A DNA stretch of 63,258 nucleotides, counting the filler, from Octopus bimaculoides (Eukaryota), in assembly GCF_001194135.2 (NCBI RefSeq). It is 9 parts of 9 records of this genome, joined end to end, with 100 filler letters (N's around TTAATTAATTAA, not from the genome) between each part and the next. Parts side by side here need not be neighbours in the genome. Positions count along the whole stretch, not along the records: positions 45,419 to 52,004 come from NC_068981.1; positions 52,105 to 59,698 come from NW_026374708.1; positions 59,799 to 63,258 come from NW_026322621.1; 6 more parts are not named here. One strand, given 5' to 3'. The position numbers and the translations under genes are program-made. Under the pieces are notes generated by a model. It saw nothing but the letters and a program-made list of their open reading frames with translations. It made no database searches and was not told the DNA's origin. Position 1 is the stretch's first letter; the number at the start of each line of letters is the position of its first letter. Shown here in pieces: positions 51,495 through 62,202 of this stretch.

Positions 51495-51949
51495 TGCATT
51501 TTTGCGTGCGCGCACGAGTATGCATGTGTATGTGGTTTCTGCGTGCATGTCTGTGTATGATATATGTGTGCGCTTGGGCGTATTCATGTAAGTCTACGTA
51601 TGTATCTTTTTGAGTTTTGTATTTCTATACGAATGTTGCTAAGCTTACATTTGTGGATTTCTGACTTCACTCAGTATAATAACAAAGTATTACATTTTTT
51701 ATAATTTCAAAGGAAAATATCGACAATTCTGTGACTCCTCAATATTTCTTTACGGAACTAATGAACACACATGCGTATATGCAAGCATAAAGATACACTG
51801 ATAGAAAAAGCTTTCTGTCTCCCTCCTACCCATTCACTCCTATATCTTGTTCTTTCTCGTTCTCTCTCTTGCTCTCTCTCCCTCAATCTGCCAATAGTGT
51901 AACGCCGTATAAGTTTATTCTCATATATAAACACGCATTAAAATACTAC

Positions 51950-51988
<39 letters not shown>

Positions 51989-52104
51989 TGTGTGTGTGTG
52001 TGTGNNNNNNNNNNNNNNNNNNNNNNNNNNNNNNNNNNNNNNNNNNNNTTAATTAATTAANNNNNNNNNNNNNNNNNNNNNNNNNNNNNNNNNNNNNNNN
52101 NNNN

Positions 52105-52134
<30 letters not shown>

Positions 52135-52138
<4 letters not shown>

Positions 52139-52960
52139 ATAACAATAAGAATTATAGATTAGCTAATACAAGGATAGATCGTTCATTTAAAGATAAAAAT
52201 AATAAACCTAATAGAAATAGTAACGAAAAAACTTGGTTAATAATCCCTTTTGGGGACCAAGTTAAAACAAATATTATTAAAGAAATTCTAAATATAATCT
52301 AAACATTCCTTAAAGACAATAAAAAATATGAAGACATTTTCTCTAGTAAGAATTTAGGGTCGGTTACTCAAGTACTAATAATGTTGGTAACATTATGTCA
52401 TCCTTTAATGAGTTTAAATTGAATAAGTTTTACAATAATAAATTAAGCAACATTTCCAATAACAATAATAGTAATAATAAAGACCAGTACATAACTAACT
52501 GCACATGCAGAGATAAAACTAAATGCAAATTTAACAATAAATGTAATTTAGAGGATGTGGTATATCAATGTGTAGTAACTATTAATGATGATAATAACAA
52601 AAATAGATGTAGTTTAAACACGATTTACATCGGTTCAACCTTTAACAAAATCAAATCACGAGTGGCTCAACATATGCATTCTCTTAAGAATAGAAACTTA
52701 ATTAATTGCACTGGCTTTAGTAAACACATATGGGACCTTAAATCGAAAAGAATTAAGTACAATTTAAAATGGGAAATAGTTTACAAGGCAAAATCTTATC
52801 GAATAGGTAGTAAATTTTTGCTCTTTATGCATTAACGAGTTTAAGGAGATATTATTAACTAATAATAAAAAGATTAATAAATTCCCAAGATGAATGCAAA
52901 ATTAAATGTAGACATAAACTGAACTTTTTATATAATAAGTTTGGATAATGTTTATATTAC
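52135..52960 (+). mobile_element. Naiad-like Penelope element 3' part (GIY-YIG), extremely AT-rich
   Basis: WLIIPFGDQVKTNII...EDIFS, CTCRDKTKCKFNNKC (CxCx5Cx5C linker), VVYQCVV...IYIGSTFNKIKSRVAQH...FSKHIWDLK...WEIV, then after a 1-nt frameshift FCSLCINE...KCRHK. Confidence 0.85.
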
Positions 52961-55900
52961 TTGCTATAGTAATGACTTCGTAGAATAGAATAAAGTTTAG
53001 TTTGTTGTGAAGGTTTTGTGAAAAATACATAGTTCGAATAAAAATAAACAAGCTACTTAGAGATGTATAACAAGTTCACCGAAATATTTCTATTCCTCAT
53101 AATATAGCATGACTTACGTTCCTTAGATACCTCTTACATTTATTAGCTCTTATTACTTAGACTTTAATAATAATTAAATATTATTCTTCCACTAAATAGC
53201 ATACTACTGATTAGTTTCCCGTTTATTATACATATTTCGTCATTTTATCTATTATATTACGTTCTTCTTTCTTCTCTCTTCTCCTTATGACTCCATATTG
53301 TCACGTGATTTATATATTTTAAATTCTACATAGTAAGTTTGATATTTGAGTTCACGGAGGAACGTCATACTGTCACGTAACACAACTCGTATAAATTCCA
53401 TGCTTTAAGGTTAATACTACAGTCAAAAAGGAATCTTCGATAAGATGCCGTTCATTTTATTAATACTGTTAAACGTTCGAATTCATTTATTAGTTAACAA
53501 CACTATCTTTTTATATGTTTTCCTATTCTTAATCTACAGAAAGCATTTCTTCATTAGACGAATTAGGCCTTTAACTTGAAAAATTATTATTATTAAACCT
53601 TGATATTTTATGTATTGTACTAATAATAGCTTTCCTACACGTACATATATTTCTACTTTATTCCTATTTTATTTTATATATATTATTAGCAGTATTTTGT
53701 CCGTCTCCATGTTCTGAGTTCAAATTCTGCCATGGTCAGCTTTGCCTTTCCTCTTTTGGGGGGGTCAATGAAATAAGTACCAGCTACACACTGGGGACGA
53801 TGTAATTGACTAGCCTTCTCCCACCAAAATTTCAGGCCTTGTGCCTATAATAGAAAGGATTATGGTTGAACATAAAAACAAGCATTTATATGTATTTAAA
53901 GAGTAAAGGGTAAAGACCCCTTTCGGTCATGAATGACCATGGGATTGCACCAAGAAAGTTCCCCTCTGAGACACAAGTTCGGGCAAGGTTGTTTATGGAA
54001 GACCAGTAGTCGCCCATGCATACCAGCCTCCCCCTTTTCATGTCACCGATGTAATCCAATGGAAAGGCAAAGGCCGATACAGTTTGGCACCAGTGATGTC
54101 ACAACTCATTTCTACAGCTGAGTGAACTGGAGCAACGAGAAATAAAGTGTCTTATATATATAATCATACCAAGGACCCGTAATCCTTTAAGGGATGTTTT
54201 CATCCTGGTTCTCCAGTTTATACCAGTGTTCAGTGAAAACCAAATACTTTAGTTTTGCATTGATGTATATTGGTATTTAAAATATTTATGAGTCTGCCAA
54301 GGGTCGACCCACATGCTGGAATGTGACCCCTTTTTGAAAATTCTTTCCTTTTGAAACAGCCAATTAACCAGTTTCAATATGAAAATTCTAAATTAATTTA
54401 ATTCAATTTAATTTCTTTAAATGATCTTATTGGATATGGAAACAGCTGTAGGGACAAGCATTTCATATTGTATTGATTTGAATATCTTTGAATAATCTGA
54501 TGCCTATTCGTCAATTTCTCCATTTTCTTCTTTTTTCTCATTCATATACACACACACACATACACACACACACACACACACATGTATGTATGTATGTATG
54601 TATGTATGTATACATGTGATTGTTCAGTTTTATTTCAAGATTTCTTGCCAATAGAGAAAGAGTCGGTTTCTTGCCTAGATCCAAGGTTCCTTCATTGGAA
54701 TTTCAACATCAACAGCAGGGTATTCTTGTTTGTATGTAAAGATTTCTTTCAGTCATGAATGACCATGGGATTGCACCTAGAAAGTTCCCTTCCGAGGCAC
54801 AAGTTCAGGCAAGGTTGTTTATGTATGTATGTATGTATGTATGTATGTATGTATGTATACATGCATGTGTGTCTTTATGTATTTGTTTTTCAAGATTCCC
54901 GATGTGAAATCATGTGCTGAAACAGATATTGTTATATTTGGGGATGGTCACTATTTTTTTGCCAAATAACTACACTCCCTATATACTTGGTCTTCACTTC
55001 AGCTTTATTATTATTATTCTTATTTTAGTGTCCTTTGTCTGAAATTTTTTATCACACACCCTGTGACCTCTTCAGTGACTCTTCCATCCACATATACCCT
55101 CCTGTTCTGTTTAGTCGATTCTGTCTCTCTGTGATGTGTATCCTTATCTGTGCATTCTTTTGCATTTGTATCTGTGTGTGTGTGTGTGTGTGTATGTGAT
55201 TGTGTGTACATCTATGTGTGTGTATTTGTGCATGTACATGTATGAGTGTGTGTATGTGTGTGAATGCATGTCTATGTGGCCTCTGTAATCTGCCTACGTG
55301 TCATATCTGTTCTATATGTTGATAATGCCTTAACATCTACGTTATTAACCAAACCTCCATGTTCTAATTAAGCATGTTGGTAGAACACTGATGAGCTTTC
55401 CTCATCTTTGAGCAAGTGCCAGTATTCACCAATCTGCTCTCCTATGCTACATGCTGTCTCCCCAATGTATACTGTTGTCCTGTTTCTGCACCATCCCTCA
55501 GTACACTGTGTGTTATAGACTACATTCCTAATCTGTGGATTCATCCTGCATGCTATACAGTTGTTATCTACACATGGTGGCCTTTCAAAAGGTTATGTTC
55601 TACAGATCAGGGATTTTACGGGGTCCCTGGCTTTTTTACTACTTTAATTCACAGCTTTGTCTTATCTAAGATTTTTCTAAAAAGGTATGCTATTTCGCTG
55701 CCAGGGGAAGCCACAATGAACATGGCACTCAGGTACTTTTGGTTAACATGGCAAAAATGCATTTGGATTTTATTACCATTGTTGCTGATAGTTTCACCAG
55801 TTTCCTGGAAATCCAAATTTCTATCCAATGTCATTAGGTATTACAGTAATAAATATTAAATACACAAATGAAAATATTTATACAAAGATACTTCAGTTTT

Positions 55901-56169
55901 ATTATAGCTATCCATTCATCCAGCCAGCCAGCCAGAATGTATTTCTCATTCGACATTCTGCTGAGCTTGTCTGCACAGAATGTCAATTGACAGCCTGATG
56001 AAAGTAATAATGTTTCTGTGTTGGTATTTGTGGTTGTCATTATGATTGTTGAGTGTAATGTATGATAAACTGCTTTGAAACCTATAAATTCTCTAACCAG
56101 ATTGCAAATTCACATATATCTCTACAGTAGCATAACTGGGTATGACAGCAAGCAGAGAAATCCATTCCA

Positions 56170-56430
56170 GGTGATGCTTTTCAGTGGAAAGGTCATATAT
56201 AATCATTGAAAGAAAATACTGCAGACTGTACTACAGACTAAAGAATTGTCACAGCATCCAGTGGAGGGTATTGGAGAAGTGCAAGCCATACTTTAATAGC
56301 AGTAGGAAGTGCAGGTTATGCTTAGCAGAGAAAGAACTATGCTACAGAACTCTATCCTGGATACCAACCTAAACTATCAAAATGAAATTTTCTGATCCTG
56401 CCTGCATGAAAGGAAATATGTGTTTGGATA
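56170..56430 (+). mobile_element. Naiad-like Penelope element extreme 3' fragment
   Basis: IQWRVLEKCKPYFNSSRKCRLCLAEKE...QNEIF*SCLHERKY matches the WxI...CxLCxxEK...CxH C-terminus seen at 52.8 kb. Confidence 0.7.
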
Positions 56431-56663
56431 CTGGTGGTTAGTACCATGGATATAAATATTAGAACTTCCACCATCAGTTCTTCTCTCCAACACAGTCTGA
56501 GGCTTCAATAGATTCTATTACTAACTCAAGGGTTGCCTCAGATAACATGCACTCTAGCTGTACTACTGGGTCTATCTATAATCATTAGCATGATTGGTTA
56601 TGTTAGTAAATCAAAGAAAGTTCGCAGGTGTCAATAAATTTGGTTGCCACAAAGAATGAAAAA

Positions 56664-56701
56664 GCTTTGACATTTTGGATAGTAGTCTTTTGTCAGAGAT
56701 G
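56664..56701 (-). ncRNA. Decayed minimal hammerhead-like relic
   Basis: Minus strand reads CTGACAAAAGACTACTATCCAAAATGTC. It converts to a CTGACGA..GGA/TCC..GAAACGTC core by a few transitions, mostly at CpG. Stem I does not close. Confidence 0.3.
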
Positions 56702-57454
56702 TCAATTAATAGCCAAAGGAAGAGGAAGCAACTATGTTAAAATGTAGAGAGAGAATGAGGAGATAATTACGGTGAATATGGGATATAGAAATGTGGAAGT
56801 AAGAAAAGGGATATGAGACAGAGAGAGAGAGAGGGGCAAAGATAGAGAGGAAGAGAGAGAGAAATACATGTTTTCCAAATGTCAGACTAACATGGCAAAA
56901 ATGCATTTGGATTTTATTACCATTGTTGCTGATAGCTTTACCAGTTTCCTGGAAATCCAGATTTCTATCCAATGTCATTAGATATTACAAGAATGAATAC
57001 TAAATACACAAATGAAAATATTTATACAGAGACACTTCAGTTTTATTATAGCCATCCATCCATCCATCCATCCATCCATCCATCCATCCATTCATTCATT
57101 CATCCATCCATCCATCCATCCATCCATCCATCCATCCATTCATCCATCCAGCCAGCCAACCTGCCAGCCAGCCATGCATACATATATACACACACACATG
57201 CAAGCACATTCATACATGCAAGCACATTCATACATGCATACATGAATACATACATACATACATACATACATACATACATTTGGCTGGGTTATTAGCGGGT
57301 CAAATTGAATGCCTTGTGGCAATTTTGCCAGCTCTCTATGTTCTGAGTCCAAATTCTTTTAAGGTTAATTCTTTACCTTTCATCCTTTCGGGGTCCAATA
57401 TAAGACCCTGAAAGTATTGTATGGAGACCAATTCCTCTTCTTTTTTTCCATTTT

Positions 57455-57560
57455 CAGGTATGGAAGCAAGGTCTAGAATCAAAGGGCCTTAGAGTTAACT
57501 TAGCAAAAACCAAAGTCTTAGTAAGTAGGAAAGCTGACAAATTACAAATCCCTTCAGCTT
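57455..57560 (+). mobile_element. RTE LINE RT-end fragment
   Basis: VWKQGLESKGLRVNLAKTKVLVSRK; its tail overlaps the start of the 59.36 kb fragment sequence (same family). Confidence 0.75.
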
Positions 57561-57770
57561 AGATTGAGTTAAAAAAGCTTATTTCGATCAAGAAAATAAA
57601 GATTTGAGCAACACATTTAAAAAAAACTTGAAACAGAACAATTCACAAGACAGCGAACTTAAGGTTGAGGAAAAGATCCACAAGTCAATTTTAAAATCAC
57701 CTACCAGCGAAAAGAAAACTAGAAATGGTAGAACTGTACATTTTCCCAAAAGACTTACCCAGTTTGTTTG
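57560..57770 (+). mobile_element. Possible LTR-retrotransposon pol C-terminal tail
   Basis: SPTSEKKTRNGRTVHFPKRLTQFV* resembles the TRSGRxVxxPxRL tail of Gypsy integrases. Confidence 0.35.
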
Positions 57771-58639
57771 AATATATTCCTCATGAACTTTTATATTCCT
57801 GGAATTTTTTGTTTATAAAAAAAAAAAAGATTTGTAATTTTTTCCAGAGAAATTAGATTGAACAATTTGATAAACTTTACAAGAACGCTGTTATTGTTAT
57901 TGTTGATCCTTTGTAAATTTGTATATTTGACTTGCTAAAAGTATTAATTCAAACATTGTATTGAAGTATATACGTGTTATTTTTATTTTTATTTTTTTCG
58001 CAAAATTGACAATTTTTCTGGTTAAGGGCCTATGTAGCAAGTCATAAAAGGTAGAAATATGACGTAATGTTCATTTGCCCGAACAAGCATAATTGTTGGT
58101 ATCCCATTGGTTAAAATTACTACCCATATATGAATTCTAAACTTTCATCAAAGAAATCTTTCACGAAATACGATTCTTAGAATTCGGATATGAGCAGTTA
58201 TAAAAACTCTGATTTGGGGAAATTACTCAGTGATCGTAAAATGTTACTAAACTCCACAACACTCACAACAGTGATAGTTGGATGTTACTAAACTCCATGA
58301 CACTCACTCATTGAGATATTGGCTATTTTTTATGCCATGTCTATGATAAAAATCCAACAAGACTTATTTAAATTGTTCTGAACTCTAGTAGTTAGTATGA
58401 AAGATTAGCTCATGTGAATTTGAAGTCATAATTCTCGACGACAAAATGACTTTATTTTCCAATTGTACTATAAATGCTAAATGTACACAAATAAACTAAT
58501 GTAGTAATTATTTTCTCTTTCTTCACGTTCTTCAACTTGTTAATGAAATTTATTTCTGCAATTATGAAACTGTGCATTTTTTTTATAGCAGTTAAAAGAA
58601 CACAAATTTATTTATCTTCAACATACATGCATGCATAAA

Positions 58640-58728
58640 ATGTCCGTTAGCGTTTTAGAGTATATATTCCTCGCTATGGCGTTTATGGAGCTGGAGTCAG
58701 AATTTACGTGTAATGATAACACCTATAA
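58640..58728 (+). CDS. Candidate first coding exon (weak signal peptide) of the LRR-cap gene
   Basis: aaaATG context; MSVSVLEYIFLAMAFMELESEFTCNDNTY + AA|gtaatt. Phase 2 matches the phase-2 start of exon 62051, creating N-A-T (a sequon). The hydrophobic core is short, so the call is tentative. Confidence 0.4.
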
Positions 58729-59359
58729 GTAATTTATAAGTGACGTGTTTATCAATATATATTCCTACTTCGAAAGTAAAATATATTTATTATCTATTTC
58801 CAAATAGGAAACATATAAAAGTAGTGTTACACAAACAGTAACCAAACCGGCTATAAAACTAGCATGGAAAACGGATGTTAAATGATGATGATGATATATA
58901 TATATGAGTGGGTCTGTGTGTGTATATAATCTATTAAGGAAACAGAAAATGGGTTTGGTATTAGACTTTATTGTGTGTAACAATTGTTTCAACCAATCCT
59001 GTGATTGTCCCTTATGGGTGGGATACTGTGCATCATATTGTATTGCATCAATTTTGCAATCTGGCTCACATCAGGTTTATTCACACATAAAATGGTGTCT
59101 CGCTAAAAAACTTGAGTTCAGGCAGTCATGTTTTTATTTGCTCATAAGCCAGCAGGATGGGTCGAAATGATTGTCTTATGCAATAAAGACTAATTTCAAA
59201 TCCATCTGTTTCCTTAATCGATTATTATCTCGACCACCACTGCAGAATTCCTGAAGTAGATCCAACAGAAATACACCCCAACTGTGGATGACACTAGGTA
59301 ACCTAAATTGTGCCAGTGCTTTACTCAACACATCAGCATACTAATTGGCATATACCCAT

Positions 59360-59698
59360 TTGTCAAAACCAAAGTCCTAATAAGTAGGAAGGTAGACAAA
59401 ACACAAATCCCTTCACGTAGCTCTTACCTCTGCTGGCGACAAAGGGCCTTTCACTCAGAGTAAAAGGCACACTGTATGACATATGTGTATGAACAGCCAT
59501 GCTACATGGCAGTGAAACATGGGATGTGACTGTTGAGGACATGCGTAAGCTCACAAGGAACGAAGCCAGTATGCTCCAATGGATGTGTAATGTCAGTGTG
59601 CATACTTGACAGAGTGTAAGTACCTTCAGAGAAAAGTTGAACCTTAGGAGCATCAGTTGTGGTGTGCAAGAGAGACGATTGCGCTGGTACGGACATGT
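59360..59698 (+). mobile_element. RTE-clade LINE ORF2 C-terminal fragment
   Basis: LATKGLSLRVKGTLYDICV..AMLHGSETWDVTVEDMRKLTRNEASMLQWMCNV...REKLNLRSISCGVQERRLRWYGH; cut by a gap. Confidence 0.9.
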
Positions 59699-59926
59699 NN
59701 NNNNNNNNNNNNNNNNNNNNNNNNNNNNNNNNNNNNNNNNNNTTAATTAATTAANNNNNNNNNNNNNNNNNNNNNNNNNNNNNNNNNNNNNNNNNNNNTC
59801 ATTCTTCTCTAGCTTTGCATGTCCTCTGCATTCAAGGCCCATGTCTCATTACAATGTAGAATTGCTGTTTGTTTACATGCATCATACAGTCTTCCTTTCA
59901 CTCGGAGAGAGAGAGAGAGACAGAGA

Positions 59927-59957
<31 letters not shown>

Positions 59958-59974
59958 GCAAAATCAAATGTATG

Positions 59975-61050
59975 GACGGACTAACGATACTGTCGAGGGA
60001 GGTTATGAAGCAGATAGAAAAGACGGGCTATAAGCACTTGGGGATTTTGGAAATGGATAAATTAATGGAGAAAGAAATGACAGAAAAATTTTAGGTGGAG
60101 TGCTTACGCAGACTGAGACTGATCTTTAAGTTGAAATTAAACGGACAGAATAAGATTGAAGCTATCAACACCTTGGCGGTTTCACTCCTTAGATATGGAG
60201 CAGGGGTAATTGCATGGAGAGTAGACGAACTAAACAGCTTAGATAAAGACAAGGGAGTTGTTAACTAGATATGGGTCACTCCACCCAAAAAGTGACACAG
60301 ACAGACTGCATGTACCAAGAAAAAGAGGAGGAAGATGAATTATTCGATGTGAACACATCATTAGAGCAGAAGAAAACAACATAGTATAGTATGTAAAAAA
60401 TGTCACAGAACTGCTAATATTAGAAGTAGGACGGTCAGGAATGTGTAGGATGAAAGATTGCAATGATAAAGAAATTGAAAACAAATAAAACTGAAAATAG
60501 GTAGGTAAAGAAAAGAATGCTTGGTCAATTTCATAAGGATGTTGAAGATAAGACAGACAGAGAAAAAAGATGGCTGTGGATGACTAAAAGTGATTTAAAT
60601 CTGGAAATGGAGGCTCTAATCTGTGCTGCCCAAGAGCAAGCACTAAGAACAAACTTTGTAAAATACAGAATAGACAACACAGCAGAAAGTGATAAGTGCA
60701 GAATCTGTGGACAAAATGATGAAACCGTATGGCATATTACCAGCCAATGTACGTCACTAGCCCAGAAGGAATATAAGAGATGCCATGACAATATAGCCAG
60801 GCTTGTCCATTGGACACTTTGCAGCAAGTATGGACTTGACAGTAAAAAATTGGTATGACCACAAACCTGAAGGCATTGTCGAAAAGAGAAATGCAAAGAT
60901 CCTATGAGATTTTATGATCCAGTACGACCATGAGATTGAGAATAGGAAGCCGGACATAGTCTTAATTGAGAAAGAAAACAAACTATGCTGGATCATAGAC
61001 ATAGCATGCCCAGCTGACAACAAAGTATGCGATAAGGAAGAAAGATAAGT
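59975..61050 (+). mobile_element. R4/Dong-like non-LTR retrotransposon 3' half (restriction-like endonuclease type), degenerate
   Basis: YKHLGILE...KLNGQNKIEAINTLAVSLLRYGAG, EALICAAQEQALRTNFVKYRID, CCHC knuckle CRICGQNDETVWHITSQC, and RLE motif RKPDIVLIEKENKLCWIIDIACP. Confidence 0.88.
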
Positions 61051-61296
61051 TGAGAGAACAGTAAGTAGAATATGCACAGGAAGGGAACAGTGGAAAAAGT
61101 CTTAAGGAAGAAAAAGGAAAAGAAGAAACATGGGTGGGGCATCAGGGGTACTGTTGGTGAATTTCAGGAAGCATGAAAGTCTTGAAGGATGTAGTCTCTC
61201 AACTGCTAACAATTAAAAGCAATTTAAGCTATCCCGTGCCAAAAGTATGGGATGTCCAGAAAATAACATATTATGCAAAGTAAAATATGAAATAGA

Positions 61297-62000
61297 AATA
61301 TTATTATTTCTTAATCTCTCAAAAAGAGACATTCAGTAACAGTTCTTTAAAATAAAGTTAAATTGTCCCCTATAAAGGATGATATTACTGTTTTCGAACA
61401 GGGAGTTCAGTACTCCCACCTAGCGCCAAACAACATCTGTTGACTAGTTTCTGGGTTATTACCCTTTATCAACACAGAGTAGCTGCTTGACCAGATGGTG
61501 TTGCTGAAATCACCATTCGAATATATAGTGACACACAACACAGATATTGTGTCATATAGCCAGCTAGAAACGATGTTTCTTGGGGCTAAAACAACAGTAA
61601 CATCGTCCCTTACAGGACAGCTACATTATGGTGGCAAATAGCCTTTATTTTAAAGAAATGTCACTGAATGTCTCTTTTGAGAGATTTAGAAATAATATAT
61701 TCTTAGATCAGTGACTGCATGTCACTTTGAAAACTATACATTCGAATGGTGGGTGCAGCAATGACATATGGCCAAGCAGCTACTCTGTGTTGATAAAGGG
61801 CAATAATCCAGAAACTAGTCCACAGATGTTGTTTTGGGCAAGGTGGGAGTATTGAACTCCCTGCTTGAAATTATAAGGATACAGATATTGTGTCATATAG
61901 CCAGCTAGAAACGATGTTGGGGGGGGGGGCTAAAACAACAGTAACATCGTCCCTTACAGGACAGTCATATTATTTTGGCAAATAGCCTTTACTTTAAAAC
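61297..62000. repeat. Complex inverted plus tandem triplication of a ~300-bp unit
   Basis: 61392-61528 is the reverse complement of 61733-61870; 61297-61392 is the reverse complement (with a deletion) of about 61590-61705; 61540-61655 is directly repeated at 61880-62000. Confidence 0.9.
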
Positions 62001-62050
62001 ATGAAATGAATTATGAAAAGTAATTGCCAAACTTTCGTTTTTTGTCACAG

Positions 62051-62202
62051 TGCCACTACAACTCAAACAACTATAGGAATGTACATAACTGGGAAATACT
62101 ACGATTATTATTATTATTATTATGGTTATGGTTACTGGAATATGTACAATTGTGCTGGAAGATGCTATTGTTCTACCCCTTATGTGACTTGTTCCAATAC
62201 AA
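62051..62202 (+). CDS. Exon encoding a Thr-rich and Tyr-rich segment followed by an LRR N-terminal cap (LRRNT-like); probable secreted or membrane LRR protein
   Basis: Acceptor tttcgttttttgtcacag|T, donor ACAA|gtaagt, 152 nt, phase 2 to 1. ATTTQTTIGMYITGKYYDYYYYYYGYGYWNMYNCAGRCYCSTPYVTCSNT. CAGRCYCSTPYVTC fits the LRRNT pattern Cx3CxCx6C with V two residues before the last Cys. Confidence 0.78.

Larger units (their letters stand above)
55745..57060. repeat. Direct repeat pair (~180 bp) at about 55745-55930 and 56888-57060
   Basis: aacatggcaaaaatgcatttggattttattaccattgttgctgatag...gaaaatatttatac...cagttttattatagc.atcca occurs twice; visible as two similar [13 protein letters not shown] ORFs. 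Confidence 0.9.

Noticed and set aside
62051-62202. Reflectin or suckerin identity for the Tyr-rich exon
   Set aside because: Lacks the reflectin M/FD(X)5MD repeat and the suckerin GGY/Ala-His modules; has an LRR-cap Cys pattern instead.
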